From positions 8,320 to 72,319 of the forward strand of contig CAYSWS010000002.1 of the NCBI GenBank assembly GCA_964434935.1: DNA of 64,000 bases, given 5' to 3'. The translations under genes were made by a program, and so were the position numbers. A model generated the notes under the pieces. That model made no database searches. It was not told the origin of the DNA and was given only the letters and a program-made list of their open reading frames with translations. Below, in pieces: positions 39,071 through 48,851 of this stretch (position 1 is the stretch's first letter; every line of letters begins with the position of its first letter). The stretch is from an uncultured Candidatus Saccharibacteria bacterium (lineage in GTDB: Bacteria; Patescibacteriota; WWE3; UBA101185; UBA10185).

Positions 39071-40267
39071 ATGCAGATAAAACCTGAGATTGAACGATTT
39101 GCGAATATTAGAGTTGTGGGCGTTGGCGGCGCCGGGTGTAACGTTATCAATACTATGATCGAATCACAACAGATAAATGGCGTGGAATTTATTGCTGTGA
39201 ACACAGATGCTCAGGCCTTATCCATCAGCAAAGCTTTTATTAAACTTCCCATAGGACAAAATCTGACTGGCGGTCTTGGTGCCGGCTCAGACCCTGAGTT
39301 GGGGAAAAAGGCCGCTGAAGAAGATGCCGACCTTATTAGATCAAACCTGGAGGGGTCGGATATGGTTTTTATAACCGCCGGCATGGGTGGTGGTACCGGT
39401 ACGGGGGCCGCCCCTATTATTGCGGGTATAGCCAGAGAACTTGGTGCTTTGACCATAGGAGTTGTAACCAAACCGTTCTCTTTTGAGGGTGTGCGCAGGA
39501 TGACCAATGCGGAGCGTGGTATTGCTGAGCTTAGCAAAGAAGTAGATGCCTTAATTACCATTCCCAACCAAAGGTTATTAGAGATCGCTGATGAGAAATT
39601 ACCGGTCTTGGAAGCTTTTAAAATGAGCGATAGCGTGCTTAACCAAGGGGTACAGGGTATCTCGGACTTGATAGTTATGCCCGGTCTTATAAATGTAGAT
39701 TTTGCCGACGTTAAAACCATTATGAAAAATGCCGGTACAGCCCTTATGGGTATAGGCATAGGTACCGGAGAAGACCGTGCAGCTGTGGCAGCCAGAGCGG
39801 CCATAACCTCTCCTTTGCTTGATATTTCCATAGACGGTGCCACAGGAATACTGTTCAATATTATCGGTGGTAGTGATATGAGCATGGCCGAAGTTGATGA
39901 GGCAGCTAAGATAATCATTGAGGCGGCTAGCGCAGAAGCCAATATTATATTTGGTACTACGATCGATGAAAGCATGTCGGAGCAGATAAAGATCACCGTC
40001 ATCGCCACGGGATTTGATACCGAAGATATAAGATCAAAACTGGGCATGAGAAAAGATTCCCCTTCTTACCAGAGAGACTCTTTTGAATCTTCAAAACCTA
40101 TAGGGGTTGCGCCGGGCGCACTTTCCGGTGATGAGGAGGATACTGACGAAAAGGATAGCGATGAGGACAAAGATGGGGGAAAGCAAAGAGACTCTTGGGG
40201 AAAACCCAGCCTAGGTGAGGACCCGGAAAGCAAGTATGACATTCCGGCATTTCTAAGAGGTAAATAA
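39071..40267 (+). CDS. ftsZ: Cell division protein FtsZ
   Basis: GVGGAG, GGGTGTG, INVDFAD, C-terminal DIPAFLR. Confidence 0.98.
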   Translation: MQIKPEIERFANIRVVGVGGAGCNVINTMIESQQINGVEFIAVNTDAQALSISKAFIKLPIGQNLTGGLGAGSDPELGKKAAEEDADLIRSNLEGSDMVFITAGMGGGTGTGAAPIIAGIARELGALTIGVVTKPFSFEGVRRMTNAERGIAELSKEVDALITIPNQRLLEIADEKLPVLEAFKMSDSVLNQGVQGISDLIVMPGLINVDFADVKTIMKNAGTALMGIGIGTGEDRAAVAARAAITSPLLDISIDGATGILFNIIGGSDMSMAEVDEAAKIIIEAASAEANIIFGTTIDESMSEQIKITVIATGFDTEDIRSKLGMRKDSPSYQRDSFESSKPIGVAPGALSGDEEDTDEKDSDEDKDGGKQRDSWGKPSLGEDPESKYDIPAFLRGK

Positions 40268-40525
40268 CTATTCCCGTAACGGCAATTAAAATATGCATAT
40301 ATAGAAATTAAATGATTTCAGTTATGTATTTCCTTTGGTGACCGCAAATGCATATTATTACCACAACTTTTAATGTAACAATGAATATTTCATTGTAATT
40401 TGTAAAAATTTATGTTTCGATTAGTATTACACTGCCCTCATATATTTTCTACGGAAAATTGACCATAAGCTAGGCCTATAGGAAAGTAGGCTAGGTGGCT
40501 TTTTTACGTCAAAAAACACTATAAA

Positions 40526-43036
40526 ATGCAAGAGAATGTTAAAACAAAACCCAAAGACACATCTGTAAATGTAAGGTTGAGAAAGATACGTGACATGGAA
40601 AGAAAGAACGAGAACATCATTTTAAGTGAGAACTCCCGAGTTATTTTGGAAAAGAGATATTTAAGAAAAAGCGAATCTGGCGAAGCAGCGGAAACCATAC
40701 CGGAAATGTTTGAGAGGGTAGCTAGGGTAGTGGCTGAACCGGATACACCTTATACGGATATTACACGCACCAAGCAGGATTTTTACAACCTACTAACCAG
40801 TAAAAGATTTTTTCCCAACTCACCGACCTTTACCGGAGCCGGCACTCCCTTAGGTCAGTTAGCAGCCTGTTTTGTACTGCCTATAAATGATGACATGGGT
40901 AAAAATTCAGACGGTATATTTTCCACCTTAAAAGATGCCGCCTTGATACAACAAGTGGGAGGAGGAAATGGTTTTTCCTTTTCGGACCTGAGATCAAAAG
41001 GTGCGGTAGTAAAAAGCAGTAACGGTAAAGCTTCCGGGCCTGTGGGCTTTATGTCGGTTTACGATAAGGCTTTTGGTGAGATAGCCCAAGGCGGTGTGCG
41101 GCGAGGCGCCAACATGGCTGTATTAAGGGTGGACCATCCTGATATAAGAGAGTTCATAGCCTGTAAATCAACTGAGGGCGATATTGCTAATTTTAATATC
41201 TCGGTAGCCCTGACCGATTCATTTATGAAAGCCGTAGTGGACGACACTAATTATGAGCTTATTGACCCCGCGAGCAAAGAAGTAATAGAAACGCCCAGGG
41301 CCAGAGAGATCTTTGATCTTATCATCGAACATGCCTACAAGAACGGTGAGCCCGGTGCTTTATTTATAGACACAGCCAACAAAGAAAACCCTGTACCCCA
41401 ACTTTACGAACTCAAGGCTACCAACCCTTGCGGTGAGCAGTGGCTGGGGCCGTATGAGAACTGCTGTTTGGGTTCGATAAATTTGGCCGAACATCTTGAT
41501 GCCGATGGCAACCTAGATTGGGAGCTTTTTCAGGAGTCTATAGAGCTTTCTACTAAATTTTTGGATAACGTAGTGACCGCCAACAAGTATGTACCAACTG
41601 TGCCTCAGCTTAGGGAGGCAGCTTTGAATGCTCGCAGGATAGGTCTCGGCTTTATGGGTTTGGCTGATGCCATGTATGCTATGGGGATCAGATATGGCAG
41701 TCAAAAAGGTCAGGAGTTTGCTGCACAGATTACGGAATTTATGAGATACCATAGTATGCTGACCTCCATTCGTTTGGCCGAAGAAAGAGGTCCATTTAGA
41801 AAGATCTCCGGTAGCATCTACGATCCGGAAGATCTGCCGTGGGAGCCCCCGGTACCCCTTTCCCCCTACGAACACGACTTTAACCGGCCCGCCATTGATT
41901 GGAACAGGGTAGTTAATGGTATAAAACAGCACGGTATCAGGAACGCCGCACAAACAACCATTGCTCCCACAGGGACCATTTCCACGGTAGCTGGTGTAGA
42001 GGGTTACGGTTGCGAACCGGTCTTCGCTCTGGCTTACTTTAGGAATGTTTATCAGGCCGCGGGAGATGAGGAAGGTCTTACGCTGACCTATACCAGCCCG
42101 AGATTTATCGAGGCTTTGGATAAGGCCGGCATTGAAGGTGAACAAAGAGAAAGAATTATAGACCAGATCATAAAAAAAGGTTCCTGTCAGGATATTGACG
42201 AATTACCGCCCGGCCTCAAAGATACCTTTGTTGTCTCAGCGGACATAGCCCCGGAAGAACACATTTTAATGCAGGCTTCCATGCAGGCGTTTATAGATAA
42301 TTCTATCTCCAAGACCTGCAATTTTCCCTCTACAGCTACCAAGGAAGATGTGGCCGAGGTTTATATGAAGGGGTGGAAATTAGGATGCAAAGGCTTAACG
42401 GTCTATGTCACCGGTAGCAGGCAGGAAGTTGTCCTGGAAACAAAAGAAACTAAAAAAGCAAAGGCGGGGAAGGCTGAGGAGGAGTTCGAACAAAAAGTGT
42501 TCTCTCAACCTGTAGTAGAGGAGGTTAAAAGTGTGGAAATGGAAGAAGCCAGAGGGTACAAATTATCAGGCACTACCTATAAGATCAACACACCTCAAGG
42601 AAAGGCTTATGTGACCATAAATAGAAGTGATAGAGGAGAACCTCTGGAAGTATTCATCAATGTGGGCAAGGCCGGGTCCGACGTGGCCGCTTTGTCTGAA
42701 GCCATGGGCAGACTGGTTTCCGGCTGGCTGCGCGCTTCCAAAAATAGAGCCTACACTGTGAAGGATATAGTCGTGCAGTTGATCGGTATTGGCGGCGCCT
42801 CATCTATCGGGTTTGGCAAGAACAGAGTAAGCTCATTGCCCGACGCTCTAGCTAAAGTATTGGCGGAAGAATTTGATATCAGAGTGAGGGCTAACGGTTC
42901 GAACGTGGTCCACGAGGACGATAATGAAGTATCTTATTTTGCCCAAGCCGATATGTGTCCTGATTGCGGAAACTCAACTTTAGTGTTGGAAGAAGGCTGC
43001 GCTAAGTGCTACACCTGCGGTTTTAGTAAATGTTAA
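40526..43036 (+). CDS. nrdJ: Class II (B12-dependent) ribonucleotide reductase with TSCPD and Zn-ribbon C-terminus
   Basis: PNSPT, ACFV, RRGANM, TNPCGE, CCLGS, APTGTIS, C-terminal CPDC...EGC..C..CGFSKC. Confidence 0.93.
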   Translation: MQENVKTKPKDTSVNVRLRKIRDMERKNENIILSENSRVILEKRYLRKSESGEAAETIPEMFERVARVVAEPDTPYTDITRTKQDFYNLLTSKRFFPNSPTFTGAGTPLGQLAACFVLPINDDMGKNSDGIFSTLKDAALIQQVGGGNGFSFSDLRSKGAVVKSSNGKASGPVGFMSVYDKAFGEIAQGGVRRGANMAVLRVDHPDIREFIACKSTEGDIANFNISVALTDSFMKAVVDDTNYELIDPASKEVIETPRAREIFDLIIEHAYKNGEPGALFIDTANKENPVPQLYELKATNPCGEQWLGPYENCCLGSINLAEHLDADGNLDWELFQESIELSTKFLDNVVTANKYVPTVPQLREAALNARRIGLGFMGLADAMYAMGIRYGSQKGQEFAAQITEFMRYHSMLTSIRLAEERGPFRKISGSIYDPEDLPWEPPVPLSPYEHDFNRPAIDWNRVVNGIKQHGIRNAAQTTIAPTGTISTVAGVEGYGCEPVFALAYFRNVYQAAGDEEGLTLTYTSPRFIEALDKAGIEGEQRERIIDQIIKKGSCQDIDELPPGLKDTFVVSADIAPEEHILMQASMQAFIDNSISKTCNFPSTATKEDVAEVYMKGWKLGCKGLTVYVTGSRQEVVLETKETKKAKAGKAEEEFEQKVFSQPVVEEVKSVEMEEARGYKLSGTTYKINTPQGKAYVTINRSDRGEPLEVFINVGKAGSDVAALSEAMGRLVSGWLRASKNRAYTVKDIVVQLIGIGGASSIGFGKNRVSSLPDALAKVLAEEFDIRVRANGSNVVHEDDNEVSYFAQADMCPDCGNSTLVLEEGCAKCYTCGFSKC

Positions 43037-43042
43037 GGGCAT

Positions 43043-45181
43043 ATGAATTTCAAGATCAAGAAGTTAAACGGAAATATTGAATTATTCCAAGCAGAGAAAA
43101 TATCAAATAGTGTTTTTTTGGCCGCCCAAAATGTAGGGGGAACAGATAAGGAACTGGCCAAAGAATTAAGCTGGCAGATAGTTGATATTTTAGAAAAGGA
43201 ATTCAAAGATAAGAGGTTCATTACTACCTTGGAGATAGGCAATATCGTGGAAAAAGTTCTCATCGAAAACGGACACGCCAGTACGGCCAAAGCCTTCATC
43301 CTCTACAGAGAGAATAAGAAGCACGCACATCAGGATAAGGATTCGCTGGGTATAAAAGATGATATAGGCCTGTCTTACAACACTTTATACATTCTCAAAC
43401 AGCGCTACCTGAAAAGAAAAGATACCGGGGAGATAGAGGAAACTCCGGCGGGTATGATACACCGCGTGGCAAAATTTCTCTCCGCTGTGGAAAAAGGTCA
43501 AAGAAAGCAAGCCAAATGGTACAAAGAGTTCAAAAACATCATGATGTCCTTTGATTTCTTACCCGGTTCCAGAACTTTAGCCAATGCCGGAAAGAACGCA
43601 CCTCAGCTGGCCAATTGTTTTGTCTGGCCGGTTGAGGATGACATAAACTCCATTTTTAATATCTTACACAAATCGACCTTGATCAAAAAGAATGGTGGCG
43701 GCTGCGGTTATAATTTTTCGCAGGTCAGGCCCGAAGGGGATATTGTGAACGGAATACCGGAACTGGCGGCCGGACCGGTCAAAATGATCGAAATGTTCAA
43801 TCTCATGACTTCACTTTTTAAGCAGGAAGGAAAATATGAAAGCGGTAACATGGCTATTTTAAATGCCGACCACCCCGACATTTTTAATTTTATCTCGGCT
43901 AAAAAGGATGATGGATATTTATCTAAGACGAATATTTCCGTGGGCGTCACCAACAAGTTCATGAAAGCTGCTTTAGAAGGTAAGGAGTGGGACCTTATTA
44001 ATCCCAGAACTAAAAAAGTCGTGAACACAGTCAATGCCAAATCTATTCTGGACCTCATGGCAAATTTAGCCTGGCAGACAGGCGACCCGGGCCTTATTAA
44101 TCTCTCGGCTATAAACAAAGGCACAGCCCTGGCAAATCCTCTCAAGAAGAAAAGAGGGGATATTATAACTACCAACCCTTGCGGAGAGGTCCCGCTATAT
44201 CCGTATGAGTCATGCAATTTGGGTTATGTTAATTTTGTTAATTTTGTTCGTGAGGGAAAATTTGATCTGGAAAGACTGGCTAAAGTCATCAGTGTGGCTG
44301 TGAGGTTAATGGACAATGTTATTGAGGCCTCATGGTTCCCAGTCGAAGAGGTGCAAAAGGCTGTGCATGAGCATAGAAGAATAGGTATTGGGGCAGTTGG
44401 CTGGGCAGAGGCTTTAGCTGAGCTGGAAATTTCCTATGATTCCCCGCAAGCCGTCAGGTTGGCTAAGAAAGTTACCAAAACCATGTACGAACACGCTTTT
44501 AACGCTTCCTGTTCTCTAGCTGAAGAAAAAGGGCCGTTCCCGCTGGTCAAGGATTCTATCTGGGCTGGAAAAAAGCACCAGCCCAGGAATGTAGCCCTGC
44601 TCACATTCCCTCCTAGCTCCAGCAACGCCGTCATCTGTGACACCACCTTTGGTATTGAGCCTTATTTTGCCTTGGCCTACGAGCAGAATGTATTAGAAGG
44701 TATGCGACTGAGGACCGTAGCCCCCGTCTTTATAAAAAAACTCAAACAGAGGGGTATTTATACGGACAAGTTGATACAAAAAGTAATTGATAATCATGGC
44801 AGTGCTCAGGGCATCAAAGAAATACCTCAGGATCTGCAAGTCATCTTCAAGGTAGCTCACGATATATCTTGGCGAGATCACATTAAAATGCAGGCTGCTT
44901 TCCAAACTTATACCGACAACGCAATTACCAAGACCATAAACATGCCCACAGAGACCACACCTAGTGAGATCAGGGAAGCCTTCATCTTAGCTTGGCAGCG
45001 GGGTTGTAAAGGTCTGACGGTATACAGGGATAGAACCAAATCAAATCAGGTGTTCGAATTTGGCAGTTCGCAGAGTTATAGGCCAGCCTTTACTATGTGC
45101 CCCAACTGCGATATACCGTTGGAAAAAGACAACAAATGCTATAAATGCGCCAGATGCGGTTTCAGCACTTGCGAACTGTAG
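43043..45181 (+). CDS. nrdJ: Second class II ribonucleotide reductase with N-terminal ATP cone
   Basis: ATP cone (KIKKLNG...F..EKI...AKAFILYR), NCFV, TNPCGE, SCNLG, C-terminal CPNC...C..C..CGFSTC. Confidence 0.88.
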   Translation: MNFKIKKLNGNIELFQAEKISNSVFLAAQNVGGTDKELAKELSWQIVDILEKEFKDKRFITTLEIGNIVEKVLIENGHASTAKAFILYRENKKHAHQDKDSLGIKDDIGLSYNTLYILKQRYLKRKDTGEIEETPAGMIHRVAKFLSAVEKGQRKQAKWYKEFKNIMMSFDFLPGSRTLANAGKNAPQLANCFVWPVEDDINSIFNILHKSTLIKKNGGGCGYNFSQVRPEGDIVNGIPELAAGPVKMIEMFNLMTSLFKQEGKYESGNMAILNADHPDIFNFISAKKDDGYLSKTNISVGVTNKFMKAALEGKEWDLINPRTKKVVNTVNAKSILDLMANLAWQTGDPGLINLSAINKGTALANPLKKKRGDIITTNPCGEVPLYPYESCNLGYVNFVNFVREGKFDLERLAKVISVAVRLMDNVIEASWFPVEEVQKAVHEHRRIGIGAVGWAEALAELEISYDSPQAVRLAKKVTKTMYEHAFNASCSLAEEKGPFPLVKDSIWAGKKHQPRNVALLTFPPSSSNAVICDTTFGIEPYFALAYEQNVLEGMRLRTVAPVFIKKLKQRGIYTDKLIQKVIDNHGSAQGIKEIPQDLQVIFKVAHDISWRDHIKMQAAFQTYTDNAITKTINMPTETTPSEIREAFILAWQRGCKGLTVYRDRTKSNQVFEFGSSQSYRPAFTMCPNCDIPLEKDNKCYKCARCGFSTCEL

Positions 45182-45183
45182 CC

Positions 45184-45274
45184 AAATAGCTTATTTTCGA
45201 AGAAATACCTTATTTTCGAAGAAATACCTTATTTTCGAAGAAATAGCTAATTTTCGAAGAAATACCTAATTTTC
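45184..45274. repeat. 19-bp tandem repeat, about 4.8 copies (AAATA[C/G]CT[T/A]ATTTTCGAAG)
   Basis: Units start at 45184, 45203, 45222, 45241 and 45260 (partial). Confidence 0.95.
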
Positions 45275-45283
45275 TTTAGTTAC

Positions 45284-45820
45284 ATGCCAATATATACAAA
45301 ACAGGGCGATAAGGGTGAAACCAACCTGAATAGTTCGACTCTTAAAAAAAGCCATCCCTTGTTGGACCTCATCGGTAACATCGATGAGCTGAATTCCTCA
45401 TTAGGGTTGCTGCATGCTATAAGAAATAAGAAAATAAGAGCTTTGGTCGAGGATTTGCAAAATGACCTATTTTCCTTAGGAGCCAAATTATCAGGTGCGA
45501 AAATAGATCTCAACTATTCTTCCAGGACAAATGATATCGAGCATGCTATCGATGAGTTGTCACTTTCTCTGCCCAAACTGTCCAACTTTATAATTCCCGG
45601 AGGCTCAAAGTTTGCTGCTCAGCTGCAGCTTTCACGGGCTGTGGCCAGAAGAACGGAAAGGAGTGCCGTCGCCTTGATGGAAAAAGGAGTTCTTAAAGAC
45701 AGTGAGGGAGAGGGCCTGATCACGTATCTGAACCGTTTATCTGATTTATTGTTTGTCATGGCGCGATATGTTAATTTTAAACTTGGTATAAAAGACACTA
45801 TTTGGCCTAAAAAAAGATGA
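45284..45820 (+). CDS. pduO: ATP:cob(I)alamin adenosyltransferase, PduO type
   Basis: IYTKQGDKGET, GNIDELNS, QNDLF, FIIPGG, RAVARRTER, YLNRLSDLLF..AR. Confidence 0.93.
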   Translation: MPIYTKQGDKGETNLNSSTLKKSHPLLDLIGNIDELNSSLGLLHAIRNKKIRALVEDLQNDLFSLGAKLSGAKIDLNYSSRTNDIEHAIDELSLSLPKLSNFIIPGGSKFAAQLQLSRAVARRTERSAVALMEKGVLKDSEGEGLITYLNRLSDLLFVMARYVNFKLGIKDTIWPKKR

Positions 45821-45963
45821 ACAAATTTTATTACTTATTATTAATGTCTCTGGTTGTTATAGGCATTGTCGTGGCAGGTGTACTAGCAAAAAGGGCTGAC
45901 CAAACGGATAGATTTTTTGAATATCAGAAATCCCAAAGTGGAAAAAACTATGAGGGAAACTAA
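45817..45963 (+). CDS. 48-aa single-TM small protein (not in the ORF track)
   Basis: ATGA overlap with the pduO stop; MNKFYYLLLMSLVVIGIVVAGVLAKRADQTDRFFEYQKSQSGKNYEGN; fills the gap to ileS. Confidence 0.6.
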   Translation: MNKFYYLLLMSLVVIGIVVAGVLAKRADQTDRFFEYQKSQSGKNYEGN

Positions 45964-45983
45964 TTTTTTGTTATAGTACCAGC

Positions 45984-48851
45984 ATGTTTAAAGTACCGGA
46001 AAGAAAGAGCATCCCCCAAATAGAGGAAAAGATACTTAAATTTTGGCAGGAAAATAAGATCTTCGAAAAATCCGTCAAAAGCAGACCTGGATCCCAGCTT
46101 TACGTTTTCTATGACGGACCCCCGTTCATATCAGGCCTTCCCCATTATGGACATTTATTAAGTTCCATTGCCAAGGATATTATTCCCCGATATTGGACCA
46201 TGAAAGGGAAAAGAGTAGAAAGAGTCTGGGGTTGGGATGCGCATGGATTAACTGTAGAGAACAGCGTACAAAAAATTTTAGGCATAAAAAGCAGACGTGA
46301 TATAGAAGGTTACGGTTTAGAGAAATTCATAAAAGAATGTTATAAGTACACTTCCGAAACTTCAGAAGAATGGGTCTGGTACATAGATAAAATAGCTCGC
46401 TGGGTGGATATGGAGCATGCCTACAAAACTACGGACAAAGATTATATGGAGTCGGTCATCTGGGCCTTTAAGCAGCTTTATGACAAGGGCCACATTTACG
46501 AAGGTGTCTATACCTCACTTTTCTGTACCACTTGCGGCACTCCGGTCTCCAACTTTGAGATCGCCATGGACAACACCTATAAAGATGCGGAGGATCCCTC
46601 GATCATTGTAAAATTTGAGGTTTTGACGCCGGGTAAATTCAAAGGAGACTACATTTTGGCCTGGACTACTACTCCCTGGACCATGCCTTCCAACAGAGGT
46701 TTGGTAGTCGATAAAAAGGAAACTTATGTGAAGGCAGTCAGCCAGGGAGAAACTTATATTGTGGCTAAAAAGCTGGCAGACAGCGTGTTCTCCGGCAGAC
46801 CTTTTGCTATTAAAGCAGAGTTTTTGGGGGAAGAGCTTTTAGGTTTGGAATATCAACCGCCTTATGAATTTTTTACCAAGAATTTGGCTGATTTCAAAGT
46901 TTATGAGTATGAAGGCATGGTGAGTATGGAGGAGGGCACAGGCATTGTTCATTCGGCGCCCGGTTTTGGGGAAATTGATACGCAGATGGGCTATCACTAC
47001 GGTTTGCGTATCATGCTCAGTCTGGATGATGAGGGGAAATTTATAGCTGGAGATACGGGTAAGAATCCCTATGAAGGTATGTTCTATGCCCAAGCTAATG
47101 AACTCATAAATAAAGATCTCAAAGATCGTGGACTGATGTTTTACAGCGGTACCATCATGCACAGGTTTCCCTACCACGATAGGTGTGACACCTGGCTCAT
47201 ACAGAAGGCTCAAAATTCATGGTTTGTGAACATACAAAATCTTAAGGCCAAAATGCTTGAATATAATGAGAATATAAATTGGGTGCCCGAACATTTGAAA
47301 CATGGGCGTTTCCAGCATGTCATAGAAAATGCTCCCGACTGGTGTATATCCAGGTCAAGATTTTGGGGAGCTCCCATGCCCGTGTGGCGCGCTCCGGACG
47401 GGGAAACCATTGTCATCGGCTCTATTGCCGAGTTGGAAGAGTTATCAGGCGAAGAAGTAAAAGATCTGCACCGTCCTTATATTGACGACATCACCATAAA
47501 AAAAGATGGCAAGATCTTTACCAGGATATCTGAAGTGTTGGATTCCTGGTTCGAGGCCGGCTCCATGCCCTACGCTCAGCTCCACTATCCTTTTGAGAAC
47601 CAGGAGAAATTCGACAAGAATTTCCCCGGGGACTACATCATCGAATACATTGCCCAAGTCAGAGCTTGGTTCAATATGATGCACAGGCTTTCCACCGCCT
47701 TATTTGAGTCTAATTCTTTCAAGAATGTCATTTCCACCGGGGTCATGGCGGGAAACGACGGCAGAAAAATGAGCAAGACCTACAAGAACTTCACCGATCC
47801 TAAAGAGGTGTTGGAGACTATAGGCGGGGATGCATTGAGGCTGTACCTCATGAACTCACCTTTGATGGTGGGGGAAAACGCCAACTTTGATCTCATCGAA
47901 CTTAAGAATAAATCGAGAAATGTACTCAACCCCTTATTAAACAGTCTTAAATTCTTTTTGATCTACGCAAACTTGCATAATTGGCATCCAAAAGATATAA
48001 AAAAAGAGCCTGAAGGTGAACATGTATTGGATAAGTGGATCCTGACCAGACTGCACCAGGTCACAAGGGACTTTACGGTAAATATTGAGAAGTACTATGT
48101 ACCTCAAGCCATACAGCCTTTGGAAGATTTTGTCGATGATCTTTCCCGCTGGTATGTGAGGCGCTCCCGGGACAGGATCTCCGACAATGAGGGCAATGTG
48201 ATGGAGGTTTTTTACCACGTACTGGTGACATTTTCTAAGGTCTGTGCTCCGGTGACGCCTTTTTTGGCGGAAGAAATATATCAGCAATTGAAATTACCTC
48301 ATGACTTTGAAGAAAGTGTTCATCTGGAAACCTACCCACAGTATGATGAGGGCATCATCAGCCAGCATGAAGAGCTGTTGATGTTCATGCAGCAAGCTAG
48401 GGATATGGTCAGCGCCGCTTTATCGATCAGGGTAAATAACAAGATCCCCGTGAGGCAGCCCCTGGAAAGCTTGATCACCACCGAAAAATACAAACTACCC
48501 GAAGAGTACCTGACCATTATCAAGGATGAGACCAATATCAAGGACATCATATTCAAGAATGATCTGGAAGATCTGCCGGAAAATAGTAAAGATCAGCAGC
48601 AGATGGTAGCTCTCAACATAAATATCAGTGCCGAACTTAAGAAAGAAGGCTTACTCAGAGATATCATCAGAAGATTCCAGGACGAAAGGAAGAAAAATAA
48701 ATTAAGAGTAAATGACAGGATCATAGCTACCTATCCGGACCAAAAAGATATAAAAGAGGTTGTGCATAGTTTTGAGAGTGAACTTAAAGAAAAGATCTTG
48801 GCAGACAAATTGATATCCGGCAAAGATTATGCCGTTGAACTATCTGAATAA
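45984..48851 (+). CDS. ileS: Isoleucine--tRNA ligase (type 2)
   Basis: DGPPF..GLPHYGH, WTTTPWT, GTGIVH, WCISR, KMSK; no C-terminal Zn finger. Confidence 0.95.
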   Translation: MFKVPERKSIPQIEEKILKFWQENKIFEKSVKSRPGSQLYVFYDGPPFISGLPHYGHLLSSIAKDIIPRYWTMKGKRVERVWGWDAHGLTVENSVQKILGIKSRRDIEGYGLEKFIKECYKYTSETSEEWVWYIDKIARWVDMEHAYKTTDKDYMESVIWAFKQLYDKGHIYEGVYTSLFCTTCGTPVSNFEIAMDNTYKDAEDPSIIVKFEVLTPGKFKGDYILAWTTTPWTMPSNRGLVVDKKETYVKAVSQGETYIVAKKLADSVFSGRPFAIKAEFLGEELLGLEYQPPYEFFTKNLADFKVYEYEGMVSMEEGTGIVHSAPGFGEIDTQMGYHYGLRIMLSLDDEGKFIAGDTGKNPYEGMFYAQANELINKDLKDRGLMFYSGTIMHRFPYHDRCDTWLIQKAQNSWFVNIQNLKAKMLEYNENINWVPEHLKHGRFQHVIENAPDWCISRSRFWGAPMPVWRAPDGETIVIGSIAELEELSGEEVKDLHRPYIDDITIKKDGKIFTRISEVLDSWFEAGSMPYAQLHYPFENQEKFDKNFPGDYIIEYIAQVRAWFNMMHRLSTALFESNSFKNVISTGVMAGNDGRKMSKTYKNFTDPKEVLETIGGDALRLYLMNSPLMVGENANFDLIELKNKSRNVLNPLLNSLKFFLIYANLHNWHPKDIKKEPEGEHVLDKWILTRLHQVTRDFTVNIEKYYVPQAIQPLEDFVDDLSRWYVRRSRDRISDNEGNVMEVFYHVLVTFSKVCAPVTPFLAEEIYQQLKLPHDFEESVHLETYPQYDEGIISQHEELLMFMQQARDMVSAALSIRVNNKIPVRQPLESLITTEKYKLPEEYLTIIKDETNIKDIIFKNDLEDLPENSKDQQQMVALNINISAELKKEGLLRDIIRRFQDERKKNKLRVNDRIIATYPDQKDIKEVVHSFESELKEKILADKLISGKDYAVELSE

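Noticed and set aside
39211-40047. Long antisense ORFs (also 33429-34166, 19142-19807, 41513-42145, 9201-9788, 38461-38976)
   Set aside because: Shadows of well-conserved genes on the other strand; no motifs or start signals
40268-40525. Cobalamin riboswitch or NrdR boxes upstream of nrdJ
   Set aside because: Only a short ACTGCCC resemblance, without the GGGAA, GCAACTGT or B12-box elements; the best NrdR-like site (CCACAACTTTTAATGT) is weak and unpaired
40526-45181. Inteins/introns in the RNRs, or a split NrdJa/NrdJb
   Set aside because: No intein termini or insertions seen; both ORFs carry complete catalytic barrels
45060-45269. 69-aa ORF reading through the tandem repeat
   Set aside because: Overlaps nrdJ2 out of frame, and the 19-bp unit is not a multiple of three; likely spurious
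45184-45274. CRISPR array
   Set aside because: Units are contiguous with no unique spacers, and no cas genes are in the window
45964-45983. T-box leaders for ileS (and glyQS)
   Set aside because: Intergenic space is only about 20-25 nt, with a -10-like box next to the start
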